Positions 1-9,534 are shown, counted from the first letter of the stretch. The stretch: DNA of 33,651 nt from Candidatus Altarchaeum sp. (GCA_018260615.1 JAGWDQ010000101.1:1-33651); one strand, 5' to 3'. Program-made: numbers and translations. The notes: generated by a model from the sequence alone, not told the origin.

Positions 1-2
1 TA

Positions 3-618
3 GAAACAATAATTAAAATTTTGTCACTTTCCCGTAATATGCCCGCCATAAACATAGATGAAGGAGATACAATAAAAAATAGAGGGAAAAATGAAAATTT
101 CGATAAGTTATGTAATCAGTTAAAAACTCTTAATGAACCAAAAATTACAGATATTATTTTCCATTTGTTAGATTGGTCTGGTGAAGCAAGAAAAAATCCC
201 GTGGATTTTATAATTCAGACGAAGCAAAAAACTTTACAAGATGGGAAATTCCATAATTTTTCTATGCCCCCGGATGATAGTTATTCTCCTCGTGTTGGTG
301 TTACTTACATTTCATTAAACTCTGATGATTCGGAAGAATTAAAAAAAAGATTGCTGACTTTATGCCAAGTAAGGAAATATAAAAGCAAAGGAGATGTTTG
401 GATTGGTTTTGGAAGTTTAAAGGGGAGTGATGAAATGATAGATGCTGTTGTGTTCAGTAATCACAAATGGGAGTGTGATCAAGAATTAGAACAGTTATCA
501 AAAGTCATGTTAGGGGGGAAAAGGACAAGGGAGACAAATAAGAATCGAGAAAAAGATTGGTAGAAACGAAAAGTGTTCTTGCGAAAGTAGACTAAAATAT
601 AAAAAGTGTTGCGGGTAG
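3..618 (+). pseudogene. C-terminal part of a SEC-C motif protein, +1 frameshift at the G6 run 513-518 (5' end outside window)
   Basis: The frame is open from position 3. Removing one base at G6 joins it to GKGQGRQIRIEKKIGRNEKCSCESRLKYKKCCG* (stop 616-618), a SEC-C motif (canonical GRNDPCPCGSGKKYKKCCG). Confidence 0.7.
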
Positions 619-789
619 AACAAATAAGGTGTTTTGGGCTACGGGCATTCACCCCCATTTAATTCCTCTCTATCCTTCGCCCAAAACGAAAAATTTTTCA
701 CTCGAAAACTAATAAAAAGAGGCTTGGAAATACGCTTCGGGGCCGTTGCACTTCATTTTCTTCTGTTATCACTACCGAAAATCACCCTC

Positions 790-904
790 GCCTAACATAG
801 TCTATCTGGCTCACTCCTGCCATCGCTCGACCCATATTTGCTTCCATAAGTTGAAATAATAAAATGGAATGGAGGCAAACATCAGACATACTGAAACGTT
901 ATAT
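790..904 (+). other. attC-like imperfect hairpin (possible gene-cassette recombination site)
   Basis: GCCTAAC (790-796, fits RYYYAAC) ... GTTATAT (898-904), with nested inverted repeats agtctatctg/cagacatact and tttgcttccat (837-847)/atggaggcaaa (869-879). R' does not fully match GTTRRRY. Confidence 0.35.
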
Positions 905-1089
905 GAAAATGTGACTCCAAATGTCACAAATATTTTTTAACAACGCCTATTTTTAACACGCTCACGTCCTTCGTATCTTTAAATTAAATTTAAAATAGCA
1001 GGAAAGCATAGGATTGATTGCTGCAAATTTTAATCTTTAAATTTTAATCTTTAATGTTAAATTTTATTAAATTTTTAAAACATTTAAAA

Positions 1090-2325
1090 ATGGATAAAGA
1101 AAAGGTTGTATTGGCATACAGCGGTGGTCTTGATACCTCTGTAATATTAAAATGGCTGATTGAAAAGAACTATGAAGTTATTGCCTACACCTGTAACATC
1201 GGGCAAAATGACTTTGACGAAGATAAAATCAAAGAGAAGGCATTGAATGTCGGAGCAGGTAAATTTTACTCGGTTGATGTCAGAGAGGAATTTGTAAACG
1301 ACTTTGTATTTAAGGCAATAATGGCAAATGCAAAATACGAAGGAAGATATTTGCTCGGAACTGCACTGGCAAGACCGTTAATCGCAAAAAAACAGGTTGA
1401 AATTGCAAGAAAAGAAAATGCACAAATTTTATCACACGGAGCAACGGGAAAAGGCAACGATCAGGTAAGATTTGAACTTGCATATTTAACACTTGCTCCT
1501 GAAATGAAAATTTATGCACCCTGGAAAGACAGGGAATTTCTGGATAAATTTAAAGGAAGGGACGACTTAATTGAATACGCAAAACAAAACAACATTCCGG
1601 TAAAGCAGACAAAAAGCGATCCCTGGAGCACAGATGAAAATTTAATGCACATAAGTTATGAAGCGGGAATTCTTGAAAATCCCATGCAGGAACCATTGGA
1701 AAGAATGTTTCAGCTCACTGTTTCGCCGAAAAATGCTCCTGACAAAGAGACAATAATTGAAATCGTCTTTGAAAAAGGAATTCCTGTTGAAGTCAGAAAT
1801 TTAAGTGACGGAACAGCAAAAAGAGGTGCCTTAAATTTATTTTCTTACCTGAACGAAGTCGGCGGAAAAAACGGAATAGGACGATTGGATATGGTTGAAA
1901 GCAGATATGTCGGAATGAAATCAAGGGGCGTTTATGAAAGTCCTGCAGCAACGATACTTCATACCGCTCATATTGACCTTGAAGGAATGACTATGGACAG
2001 GGAGGTTATGAAAATCAGAGATATGCTTATTCCTTTATATGCTGAAAAAATTTATTGTGGGTACTGGTTCTCGCCGGAAATGGAAATTTTGGGAAAATTT
2101 TTCACCTCAACACAGGATTATGTGTGCGGAACTGTCCGACTTTCACTTTATAAAGGAAATGCAAATGTAATCGGAAGGAAATCCGAATTTTCGCTTTATA
2201 ATGAAGAATTGGTCAGTATGCATGAAAAAGGAAAATACGAACCGGAAAAAGCAAGAGGATTTATAGATATTAATGCGTTGAGATTGCAGATAAATTACGA
2301 AAGAGAAAAAATGGCAAAGAAATAA
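1090..2325 (+). CDS. argG: argininosuccinate synthase
   Basis: [60 protein letters not shown] at 1090 (MDKEKVV) preferred over 1054. Confidence 0.97.
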   Translation: MDKEKVVLAYSGGLDTSVILKWLIEKNYEVIAYTCNIGQNDFDEDKIKEKALNVGAGKFYSVDVREEFVNDFVFKAIMANAKYEGRYLLGTALARPLIAKKQVEIARKENAQILSHGATGKGNDQVRFELAYLTLAPEMKIYAPWKDREFLDKFKGRDDLIEYAKQNNIPVKQTKSDPWSTDENLMHISYEAGILENPMQEPLERMFQLTVSPKNAPDKETIIEIVFEKGIPVEVRNLSDGTAKRGALNLFSYLNEVGGKNGIGRLDMVESRYVGMKSRGVYESPAATILHTAHIDLEGMTMDREVMKIRDMLIPLYAEKIYCGYWFSPEMEILGKFFTSTQDYVCGTVRLSLYKGNANVIGRKSEFSLYNEELVSMHEKGKYEPEKARGFIDINALRLQINYEREKMAKK

Positions 2326-2345
2326 TAATATCGAGTTAGGATAAA

Positions 2346-2549
2346 ATGGAGGAATATTCACTTAAAAAATCCGCTGATTCATACAGGAAAGGTAATGTAA
2401 ACATAGAAGAAGCTGCAGTTAGAGCAAAAGTCAGTATATGGAAAATGATGGATTATATAAAGGAGAATAATATAACTCCTCGTCCCGAGACACCAGATGA
2501 AATGGAAGATGGTTTAAAAAGAACAGCAGAAATATTTGGAGATAAATAA
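2346..2549 (+). CDS. UPF0175-family HTH (antitoxin-like) protein, probably N-terminally truncated
   Basis: YRKGNVNIEEAAVRAKVSIWKMMDYIKENNI resembles the UPF0175 pattern (Y..G.IS..KAA..AGVS.W.F...L). Only 67 aa. Confidence 0.6.
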   Translation: MEEYSLKKSADSYRKGNVNIEEAAVRAKVSIWKMMDYIKENNITPRPETPDEMEDGLKRTAEIFGDK

Positions 2550-2658
2550 TAAGTGAGATTATCGGCAATAGAAACGATAGTTTTCGGGTTTGAACTTACA
2601 AATTTAAGTATGAAAAAGAGAGAAATTTTAATTTTTTCGGGGAGAATTTTCACAGATG

Positions 2659-2762
2659 AGTATGTATGAAAGAGGCAAATACGAGCCGGAAAAGCAAGGG
2701 ATTTATAGATATTAATGCGTTGAGGTTGCAGATAAATTATGAAAGGGAAAAAATGGCAAAGG
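2659..2762 (+). repeat. diverged duplicate of the argG 3' end (copy of ~2215-2320)
   Basis: agtatgtatgaaagaggcaaatacgagccggaaaagcaagggatttatagatattaatgcgttgaggttgcagataaattatgaaagggaaaaaatggcaaag aligns to argG 2215-2320 with substitutions and two 1-bp deletions. Confidence 0.92.
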
Positions 2763-2782
2763 AAGATAAAATTTAATATGAC

Positions 2783-3637
2783 TTATGTTTTACCGTATCC
2801 GATTAGGTGTATAATATCTTGTCTTAACTCCTGATTAAGTATTCCTCTTTCCAAAAATTTTTCTAAAATTTCAGCATCTACATCGGAGCCGGATTTCATA
2901 ACATATTTTCTTAAGACATCTTCCTTCATCTTTTCATCAATGCATGTGGATTTATCATATAAGTCCAAAATTTCCATAACCTTGTCCCTATTAGATTTGT
3001 CATCTGCTTCACTTAATTGCAGAAACGCTTTATATAAAATTTGTTGCGGAATATTGCTGAAATTTTCTCTTATGATTTTTACAACTTCATCACTTGGATA
3101 TTCGCAAATTTTTGAAAGAACTTCATTTCTAAAATTCGCATCAAATTTATCAAAATTTTCCCTCAAAACCCATACAATAATTTCCTGCACTCCTTTATCA
3201 TTTGTATTTAGAGATTGTGTTATTATATCGTTACGAAGCGATGCAGGAATTAAATTAAAATATGTTCTTAATACCTCAATTGCCAGATTGATATTTTTAT
3301 CTGCAACATGTTTTAAAATTTGCTCTCTTAATTCCTTTGAGACATCTTTAAAATATTCCGAAAAGGCATATTCTGCAATTTCCTGTTCTTTTTCATTTTT
3401 GCTTTTTATGTATTTTTTTAGCAATTTTTCCCTTTCATTCTTTTCTAAATTTAAAAAATTTTTCCCAAATGTACCTAATGTGTCTTCATCCATCCATTTT
3501 TTGCTCATCCATACAAGCAAAATTATTGCACTACTAAAAAGAATTAAAAAAAGCGTTAGAGAAGGGATATTTGTCTGTTGGTCTACCTCTCCTCCCCATC
3601 CTTCAAGTAGTATGTCTGCTATTATTGTTGCTAACAT
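2783..3637 (-). CDS. single-pass membrane protein with degenerate 31-35-aa alpha-helical repeats
   Basis: TM-like IPSLTLFLILFSSAIILLVWM, then YFKDVSKELREQIL / YFNLIPASLRNDII / NFDKFDANFRNEVL / NFSNIPQQIL units. Confidence 0.75.
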   Translation of the reverse strand: MLATIIADILLEGWGGEVDQQTNIPSLTLFLILFSSAIILLVWMSKKWMDEDTLGTFGKNFLNLEKNEREKLLKKYIKSKNEKEQEIAEYAFSEYFKDVSKELREQILKHVADKNINLAIEVLRTYFNLIPASLRNDIITQSLNTNDKGVQEIIVWVLRENFDKFDANFRNEVLSKICEYPSDEVVKIIRENFSNIPQQILYKAFLQLSEADDKSNRDKVMEILDLYDKSTCIDEKMKEDVLRKYVMKSGSDVDAEILEKFLERGILNQELRQDIIHLIGYGKT

Positions 3638-3675
3638 TTTTTCTATATTTTGGCTTTTTGTTTTTATCTAACTTT

Positions 3676-4269
3676 TTATTTTTCTACATCTAAACATTCA
3701 TTCATATTTTCAGTCCTTTTCCGGTAAATTTCCTTTGAAAAATCCAGATAAAGGAAGATAATTTTATCATTTTCAAGACGCCTTTTTAAATTTCTTTCAT
3801 CAATCCTTCTCAAAAAAGCAGTTGCACCGACTTTATCTAATTTATCCGCATCCCATAAAATTTTTGCCTCAATTGTGAGTAAAATTTTCTCATTGTTGTT
3901 GTGGTCGGCAATACTTACTGCGACTTTTTCAATAACCTCCGGCTTGTATGTCAGAGATTTTAAAATTTTTCCCGCAAATGCCCCGCCCTTAACCTCGTGA
4001 TTTTCTTCCTCCTTAAAAACATCGTGAAAGAGCGCAGATAAAAAACAAATTTCTTTACCTGCAACAGGTATTTTTTCCTTTTGTGCTAAATACATGCTCA
4101 CACTTGCAACCCTGAAAGTATGATTCAGTAAATTTACAAAATTTTTATTACGCTTTGACATCTCAGTGATTGCTATTGCCATTGCCTTTCTGCATCTTTC
4201 ATTCGGGATTCCGAATACAAAATTTTCCTCTTTAACTCTTGCTAAAAATTTATTTATATCATCAAACAT
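3676..4269 (-). CDS. HD-domain metal-dependent phosphohydrolase
   Basis: NHTFRV...ALFHDV...H...IADH...LWDADKLD; start overlaps the bud32 stop. Confidence 0.9.
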   Translation of the reverse strand: MFDDINKFLARVKEENFVFGIPNERCRKAMAIAITEMSKRNKNFVNLLNHTFRVASVSMYLAQKEKIPVAGKEICFLSALFHDVFKEEENHEVKGGAFAGKILKSLTYKPEVIEKVAVSIADHNNNEKILLTIEAKILWDADKLDKVGATAFLRRIDERNLKRRLENDKIIFLYLDFSKEIYRKRTENMNECLDVEK

Positions 4270-4900
4270 TTTCTTCCTCCATGAAATACCTCACTCTTTT
4301 TTTGACCTCCTTAAACCGTTTAAAAATTTGAGCCGCTTTTTGCTCTAATCCGGATTTTTCATATTCCTCTTTATAACCATCAATAACATTCTCAAACAAA
4401 AATCCAAAACCCGTAACATTCAGGGAATGTTCCAGCACAACAAGGTCTGTTGCCTTATCTTCATCTCTTTGTGAAGTAAAAGATAGTCCGAAATCAATAA
4501 TATAAATTTCATGATTTTGAACAATTATATTGGATGTTGTTAGATCGTTATGGATTACATTTAAGCAGTGCATTTTTGCAATTTGCTTCCCGAGTTGCAT
4601 TCCTATGCCGGTTAAGTCATCTTTGTCTTTATCATTTTTAACCTCAATGTCTTTCATTAAATTTCCGTCTATAAATTTCATAAAAATTTTAAAATTTTGT
4701 TCATCTACCTTCACAATGTCGGGAACATTTACCCCTTCGTTTTTCAGTTTTTTCAAAAGACGGCTTTCGCCCGATGTCCTTTTTTTTCTTAATTTTTCGT
4801 CAATTTCTCTAATTCTGTATTCCTTCTTTAGTCGTTCCTTTATTAAAATTTCTCCGTCCCTATACAAATTTGATTCCGCACCTTTTGCTATAAGTTCCAT
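4262..4900 (-). CDS. bud32: KEOPS complex kinase/ATPase Bud32
   Basis: IAKGAESNLY, IKERLKKEYR, IHNDLTTSNI, IIDFGLS, EDKATDL. ATG at 4900 preferred. Confidence 0.95.
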   Translation of the reverse strand: MELIAKGAESNLYRDGEILIKERLKKEYRIREIDEKLRKKRTSGESRLLKKLKNEGVNVPDIVKVDEQNFKIFMKFIDGNLMKDIEVKNDKDKDDLTGIGMQLGKQIAKMHCLNVIHNDLTTSNIIVQNHEIYIIDFGLSFTSQRDEDKATDLVVLEHSLNVTGFGFLFENVIDGYKEEYEKSGLEQKAAQIFKRFKEVKKRVRYFMEEENV

Positions 4901-4931
4901 AATAATCATAAATTTACAGATATAAATTTTA

Positions 4932-5249
4932 TCATTCAATAACAACCGCAGTTCCGCTTGCACAAATCATTAACATTCCACCCTGTCCAAGTGATTCATA
5001 ATCCAAATCCACACTTATAACAGCATTTGCTCCCATATCCTCCGCTCTTTTTGACATTTCTTCAATTGATATATCTTTTGCCTTTCTTAATTCCTTTTCA
5101 TAGCCACCAACTCTGCCTCCGATAACATTTCTTATTGATGCTCCGATGTCCTTAAAAACATTTATTCCTACAATTGTTTCTCCGCTTACAATTCCAATAT
5201 ATTTCACAATTCTTTTGCCCTCAATATTCGGTGTTGTTGTAATTAACAT
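4932..5249 (-). CDS. YbjQ/UPF0145 family protein
   Basis: [12 protein letters not shown]...[12 protein letters not shown]...[16 protein letters not shown]...[13 protein letters not shown]...ASGTAV. Confidence 0.95.
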   Translation of the reverse strand: MLITTTPNIEGKRIVKYIGIVSGETIVGINVFKDIGASIRNVIGGRVGGYEKELRKAKDISIEEMSKRAEDMGANAVISVDLDYESLGQGGMLMICASGTAVVIE

Positions 5250-5283
5250 TTTAATAACATTTTAAATTTTTAAAAAACGAGAA

Positions 5284-5628
5284 CTAAATTTCAATCACTT
5301 CAACATTGTATTCCTTGTTGAGGTAATTGCTATCTATTTTTAATTTTGGTTTCTTTGCCGCTCTTTCAACTATTTCGGACATCTTTCGGACATCATCACA
5401 CACATTGGCAAGTTCCACCGTAATCCCTTTCCCTTCCAGTTTCAATTTTACCACTCTAAACTCATCGGCGAACGATCTTGATATAAAAGTTACTCCGGAA
5501 AAATCAAATAAGACATTATTGTCATTTGTCTTTTGCAGGACTTCCTCTGTCATTTTCTGTATGTGTCTTGCTTCTTCCCTGGTTCGCATCACTCCTCCCT
5601 CTAAAAATTTGCTTATGTTCATTAACAT
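5284..5628 (-). CDS. STAS-like (DUF4325-type) protein
   Basis: TREEA...VLFDFSGVTFISRSFADEF is a STAS-like signature. ATG at 5628. Confidence 0.8.
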   Translation of the reverse strand: MLMNISKFLEGGVMRTREEARHIQKMTEEVLQKTNDNNVLFDFSGVTFISRSFADEFRVVKLKLEGKGITVELANVCDDVRKMSEIVERAAKKPKLKIDSNYLNKEYNVEVIEI

Positions 5629-5664
5629 TTTCAATTATTGTTTAAATTTTTTATACATCTCTTA

Positions 5665-6966
5665 TCATTTTTTCCTTATCCTTTTCATATGTTCAAGTCG
5701 CTTATTTATCAATTCCTTTGTCCCGATATCCTTTCTGTGTTCTAAATTTCCCTTAACAAATTTCGTTGAATTTTCAGCAATCTTTTCCGCTTCTTCAATT
5801 GTCTCGGCAATTCCTAAAACAGCAATCGCCCTTGAATGTGTGCTGAAAATTTTTCCGTTCTCTTCATAAACGCTCGCATAATAAATTTTTGAATTGAAAC
5901 CAAATTTACTTTCATCAACAGAAATTTCCGTCTGGACAGGATTTTCAGGATAGCCAGCAGGAACCAAATATTTGCAGACAGTTGCTTTATTTTCAAATTT
6001 CAGCCCCGAGCTTAATTTTTTGTCTAAAATTTTTTCAATCCAGTCATCCTTAATTAAAGGCAAAACATTCATCGCTTCCGGGTCTCCAAACCGTGCATTG
6101 AACTCAATAATTTTGACGCCGTCTTTTGTGGCAATGAACTGTCCGTATAAAATTCCGATATACTTTCCGTAATTTGTTCTTAATGTATCAATTACTTTTT
6201 TTAAATTTTTTAGTGCATCGTCATAATCCGTTCGCGTAACAAAAGGCAGCATAAAATTTTTATCCGAATAAGAGCCCATCCCTCCTGTGTTTGGTCCGAC
6301 ATCATTTATGTATGCGGATTTATGATCCTGAACTAATGGACATGCTGCTAAATTTTCTCCGTCGCAAAATGCCTGCAGGGTAAATTCCTCACCTTCAAGT
6401 TTTTCTTCAATTAAGACGAGCTTGTCTTTTTCTAAAATTTCACCTGCATACGCCTTTGCTTCTTTCGCATTATTTAGTTGCTTTCCTACAACCTTTACGC
6501 CTTTTCCGCCGGTCAGTCCGATCGGCTTTACCGCAACATCCTGCAAGTCATCAATAAATTTAAACATCTCTTTAATTTCATTGCTTTTAAAAATTTCAAA
6601 TTTGGGATATCCGTTAATGTTGTATGTTTTCATTAAATTTCTGGCAAATTCCTTACTTGTTTCAAGTCGTGCCAGTGACTTTGTCGGAGAAATGCATGGT
6701 ATTTCGTTTTCCAAAATTTTATCGCTAACTCCTGCTTCAAGCGGTGCTTCGGGACCGATAATTACTGCGTCTGCATTCATACCTTTTGCAAAATGGACTG
6801 CACTTTCGGCATCCAATATATTTCCTATCTTATATTCCCTGCACAATTTAACAATTCCGGGATTTTTGGCAGACATGAAACCATAAAGTTCATATCCGAA
6901 TTTGACAACACTTTCGGCAATTGCATGCTCTCTTGCTCCGTTTCCTATTAATAAAATTTTTTCCAT
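5665..6966 (-). CDS. purD: phosphoribosylamine--glycine ligase
   Basis: ILLIGNGAREHA, IGPEAPL, LETSKEFA, VKPIGLTGGKGV, QDHK, GPNTGGMGSY, EFNARFGDPE. Confidence 0.97.
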   Translation of the reverse strand: MEKILLIGNGAREHAIAESVVKFGYELYGFMSAKNPGIVKLCREYKIGNILDAESAVHFAKGMNADAVIIGPEAPLEAGVSDKILENEIPCISPTKSLARLETSKEFARNLMKTYNINGYPKFEIFKSNEIKEMFKFIDDLQDVAVKPIGLTGGKGVKVVGKQLNNAKEAKAYAGEILEKDKLVLIEEKLEGEEFTLQAFCDGENLAACPLVQDHKSAYINDVGPNTGGMGSYSDKNFMLPFVTRTDYDDALKNLKKVIDTLRTNYGKYIGILYGQFIATKDGVKIIEFNARFGDPEAMNVLPLIKDDWIEKILDKKLSSGLKFENKATVCKYLVPAGYPENPVQTEISVDESKFGFNSKIYYASVYEENGKIFSTHSRAIAVLGIAETIEEAEKIAENSTKFVKGNLEHRKDIGTKELINKRLEHMKRIRKK

Positions 6967-7014
6967 TTTTTTAGAAATTTATAATCATCAATATTGCTAT
7001 CTTTTGATACTCTT

Positions 7015-7545
7015 TTAGCCCACCAGTAAATTGTTTATATTTGGGTCATAGACATTCCAGGCATTAATATTATTATTTCTACAAAAGCCAGCCAGCTTTC
7101 CGTCAGAAGTTAGTATTATTATCTTTTCATCTTTATTGAGCTCTTTTGGACATAAATAGATTGATACATCAGTAAATCCAAATTTTATTAAAATTTTTTC
7201 TTCCTGCAATATCTTATTCATTTCAACATAACATTCGGAACTATTCTTTTTTAAAAAATTTATTGCTACTTCTTTCATCAACTCATAATATTTTTCACCT
7301 TTTACATATTTTTCCAGCCAGTTAGAAAACTCTGCCAAAATTTGCGGCGTTACATATATTTCTCTACCTGATGAGATTTCCCTTATTATCCATTTCATAA
7401 CATCGGATATATTTTTGATGCACGTTTCTTCAGCTGTATTTTGTGGTTTGCTCGCTCTTACGCACTTCTCAAATTCATTTTTACATGAGCGATCCTCGTA
7501 CAGCACTAAAAGAACAAAGACCTTTGCATCTATGACAATAGACAT
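7015..7545 (-). CDS. PIN-domain (VapC-like) nuclease
   Basis: IVIDAKV, VTPQILAEF, FGFTDVSI, ILTSDGKL: the four acidic PIN positions are present. Confidence 0.85.
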   Translation of the reverse strand: MSIVIDAKVFVLLVLYEDRSCKNEFEKCVRASKPQNTAEETCIKNISDVMKWIIREISSGREIYVTPQILAEFSNWLEKYVKGEKYYELMKEVAINFLKKNSSECYVEMNKILQEEKILIKFGFTDVSIYLCPKELNKDEKIIILTSDGKLAGFCRNNNINAWNVYDPNINNLLVG

Positions 7546-7551
7546 TTTGAC

Positions 7552-8184
7552 CTAAATTTTTCTTTCTATTGGTTCTTCAATCATCTTTAAATCAACTTCA
7601 TCACCTACAATTTCAATAACATAAGGAATCACAATAGTCCTTGTTAGTGAATAAAGAATAACTATAGAAAATATTACGCCTTCGTCTTTTGATTTGCACC
7701 ACCCATATACCGGAATAAAATCAAAACTTCTGAAAGTCGTTCCTTTTTCAATGAAGTTCTTTGCCTTTTGGCAGTAATCTTTCATGTCTTTCTCTTTTAT
7801 TTCCTTCCAATAGGGTAAGATCTGTGAAAAATATTTATCAGCAATATCAAAAATATTTATATCTTTAGCACAAGACGCACAAATTTTTCCGTAAGAATTT
7901 ACATAAAAATAAAAACTTGTGCTGCCCTTCATTCCCGCAACCATTTTTTCAGCAATTTTTGCTATTTTTATTTCTCTTGCTACCTCTTCTGTGAGAGCAG
8001 CAAGTTGTTTGGATATTCCTTCAACCCCTAGCATATTCATGAATATTTTTCCTTCAACCACCCACAATTCATCTTTCTTTACAATATTTGATAGAAAAAA
8101 TCCGGATAGTGATCCAAAGACATCGCTTACATAATCTCTTACTATTTCTACCACTTCCTCTTTATTTACAGTTTTAATTACCAT
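7552..8184 (-). CDS. hypothetical protein, probably co-transcribed with the PIN gene
   Basis: 210-aa ORF ending 6 bp before the PIN start; no family recognised. Confidence 0.7.
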   Translation of the reverse strand: MVIKTVNKEEVVEIVRDYVSDVFGSLSGFFLSNIVKKDELWVVEGKIFMNMLGVEGISKQLAALTEEVAREIKIAKIAEKMVAGMKGSTSFYFYVNSYGKICASCAKDINIFDIADKYFSQILPYWKEIKEKDMKDYCQKAKNFIEKGTTFRSFDFIPVYGWCKSKDEGVIFSIVILYSLTRTIVIPYVIEIVGDEVDLKMIEEPIERKI

Positions 8185-8235
8185 TTTAAAAATTTTTATT
8201 GCTTTATTACCATTATTAATTTAAATTTAATTAAA

Positions 8236-8493
8236 ATGAATAATTATCCCGCCGAATGTATCGCATTAAGTAAAGGAAAAAAGGAAGTGCGTTTATTTGT
8301 AGAAAGGGGAACTTATGTGAAATACACCTACATATGCCCTGACACAGGAAATATTATTAAAGCAGGCAAGGAAACGATTATTATTAAAGATGATGGTGGA
8401 AAATTTGAAAAAATTTTTCTCATTCCGACAAATGATAAATCATTCACCTCACTTTGTTTGGAGATTTCAAAACAAGTTTTGAAATTGCAATAA
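8236..8493 (+). CDS. hypothetical protein, possibly frameshifted (alternative frame open 8439-8573)
   Basis: 85-aa ORF. An overlapping frame reads IHLTLFGDFKTSFEIAIKTDFDKEKIKEIKLWDKEKNCATDLF*. Confidence 0.55.
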   Translation: MNNYPAECIALSKGKKEVRLFVERGTYVKYTYICPDTGNIIKAGKETIIIKDDGGKFEKIFLIPTNDKSFTSLCLEISKQVLKLQ

Positions 8494-8576
8494 AAACAGA
8501 TTTTGACAAAGAAAAAATAAAGGAAATAAAATTGTGGGATAAAGAAAAAAATTGTGCAACTGATTTATTCTAAAAA

Positions 8577-9461
8577 TTAAATTTCATCTTCAAAAATTTC
8601 CCTCATAATTTTAATTAAATTTCCCTCTGTTATCTCATCAAACAGCGGAATTTCAGCAACATCGTTATGCAAATTTTTTATTTTTTCAACATACTGTCTT
8701 TGAATTTCTGCCTTTTTCAGCATAAATTTACTGTCGCAGACATCCTTCCGGATAACATTGTTGATAATAACTTTCTGAACTGATATATCGTGCTCTTTAA
8801 ACTCGCCCAGCAGTTTTTCCGTCTGATAAACAGCCAGATTTTCAGGAATACATACAGCCATAAGACAGACCTCTTCTTTAAGAAATTTAATGATTTGCTC
8901 CGAAAGGACTTTCCATTCGTCAATGATTTCATATATGGACTTCGCTGAATTTCTTTTGTAAAATTTTGTGTAAACCTTTGTTGCGAAATTTAAATGGGTG
9001 ATAAATTTTGACGGCATAGAAAGCAGTTTTAATGTATTTCCCATCGGTGCCGTATCCCATACAACAATGTCAAATTTTTTACTTTTCACGAGCTCCATTA
9101 TATGAGCAAGCATAAATTCTTCCTCAATTCCGGGAGCGGTTCCTATGTACTCAACGATGCTGTAATCAACATCTGCGAAGGCGCGCATAACCGCATAAAT
9201 GTCATTTCCGAATTTTTCTTTCCATCGCTTTATGATTTCATCGCCTGAAATTTCAGTTCCGTAAAGATTTTCTTTGATGTCTGAAATTTTATCGGATAAA
9301 TTTATGCCGAATATGTTGGATAAAGACGGCGCGGGGTCTGTTGAAAGAAGTAATGTTTTCTTTCCTTTTGAAGCAAAGTAGAGTGCTATTGCTGCTGATA
9401 TTGTGCTTTTTCCGACACCGCCTTTTCCGCTGAGCATTAGGACGTTATAATTTTTACTCAT
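8577..9461 (-). CDS. arsA: ArsA/GET3 (TRC40) family ATPase, single-domain
   Basis: SGKGGVGKST deviant Walker A, STDPAPSLS switch I, PGIEE, WDTAPMG switch II, QKVIINNV. Confidence 0.93.
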   Translation of the reverse strand: MSKNYNVLMLSGKGGVGKSTISAAIALYFASKGKKTLLLSTDPAPSLSNIFGINLSDKISDIKENLYGTEISGDEIIKRWKEKFGNDIYAVMRAFADVDYSIVEYIGTAPGIEEEFMLAHIMELVKSKKFDIVVWDTAPMGNTLKLLSMPSKFITHLNFATKVYTKFYKRNSAKSIYEIIDEWKVLSEQIIKFLKEEVCLMAVCIPENLAVYQTEKLLGEFKEHDISVQKVIINNVIRKDVCDSKFMLKKAEIQRQYVEKIKNLHNDVAEIPLFDEITEGNLIKIMREIFEDEI

Positions 9462-9534
9462 CTTTTTCGTTTATTAATTTTATAACCTTGTGAATTTTTT
9501 TAAGTTTTCAAATATTCAACACTTTCAAAAATTG

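Noticed and set aside
1025-1053. 14-bp tandem aaattttaatcttt upstream of argG as an operator
   Set aside because: Low-complexity AT sequence; slippage is a sufficient explanation.
5327-6886. Plus-strand ORFs of 131-243 aa opposite purD, bud32 and 2783-3637
   Set aside because: Antisense to well-supported genes, with no motifs of their own.
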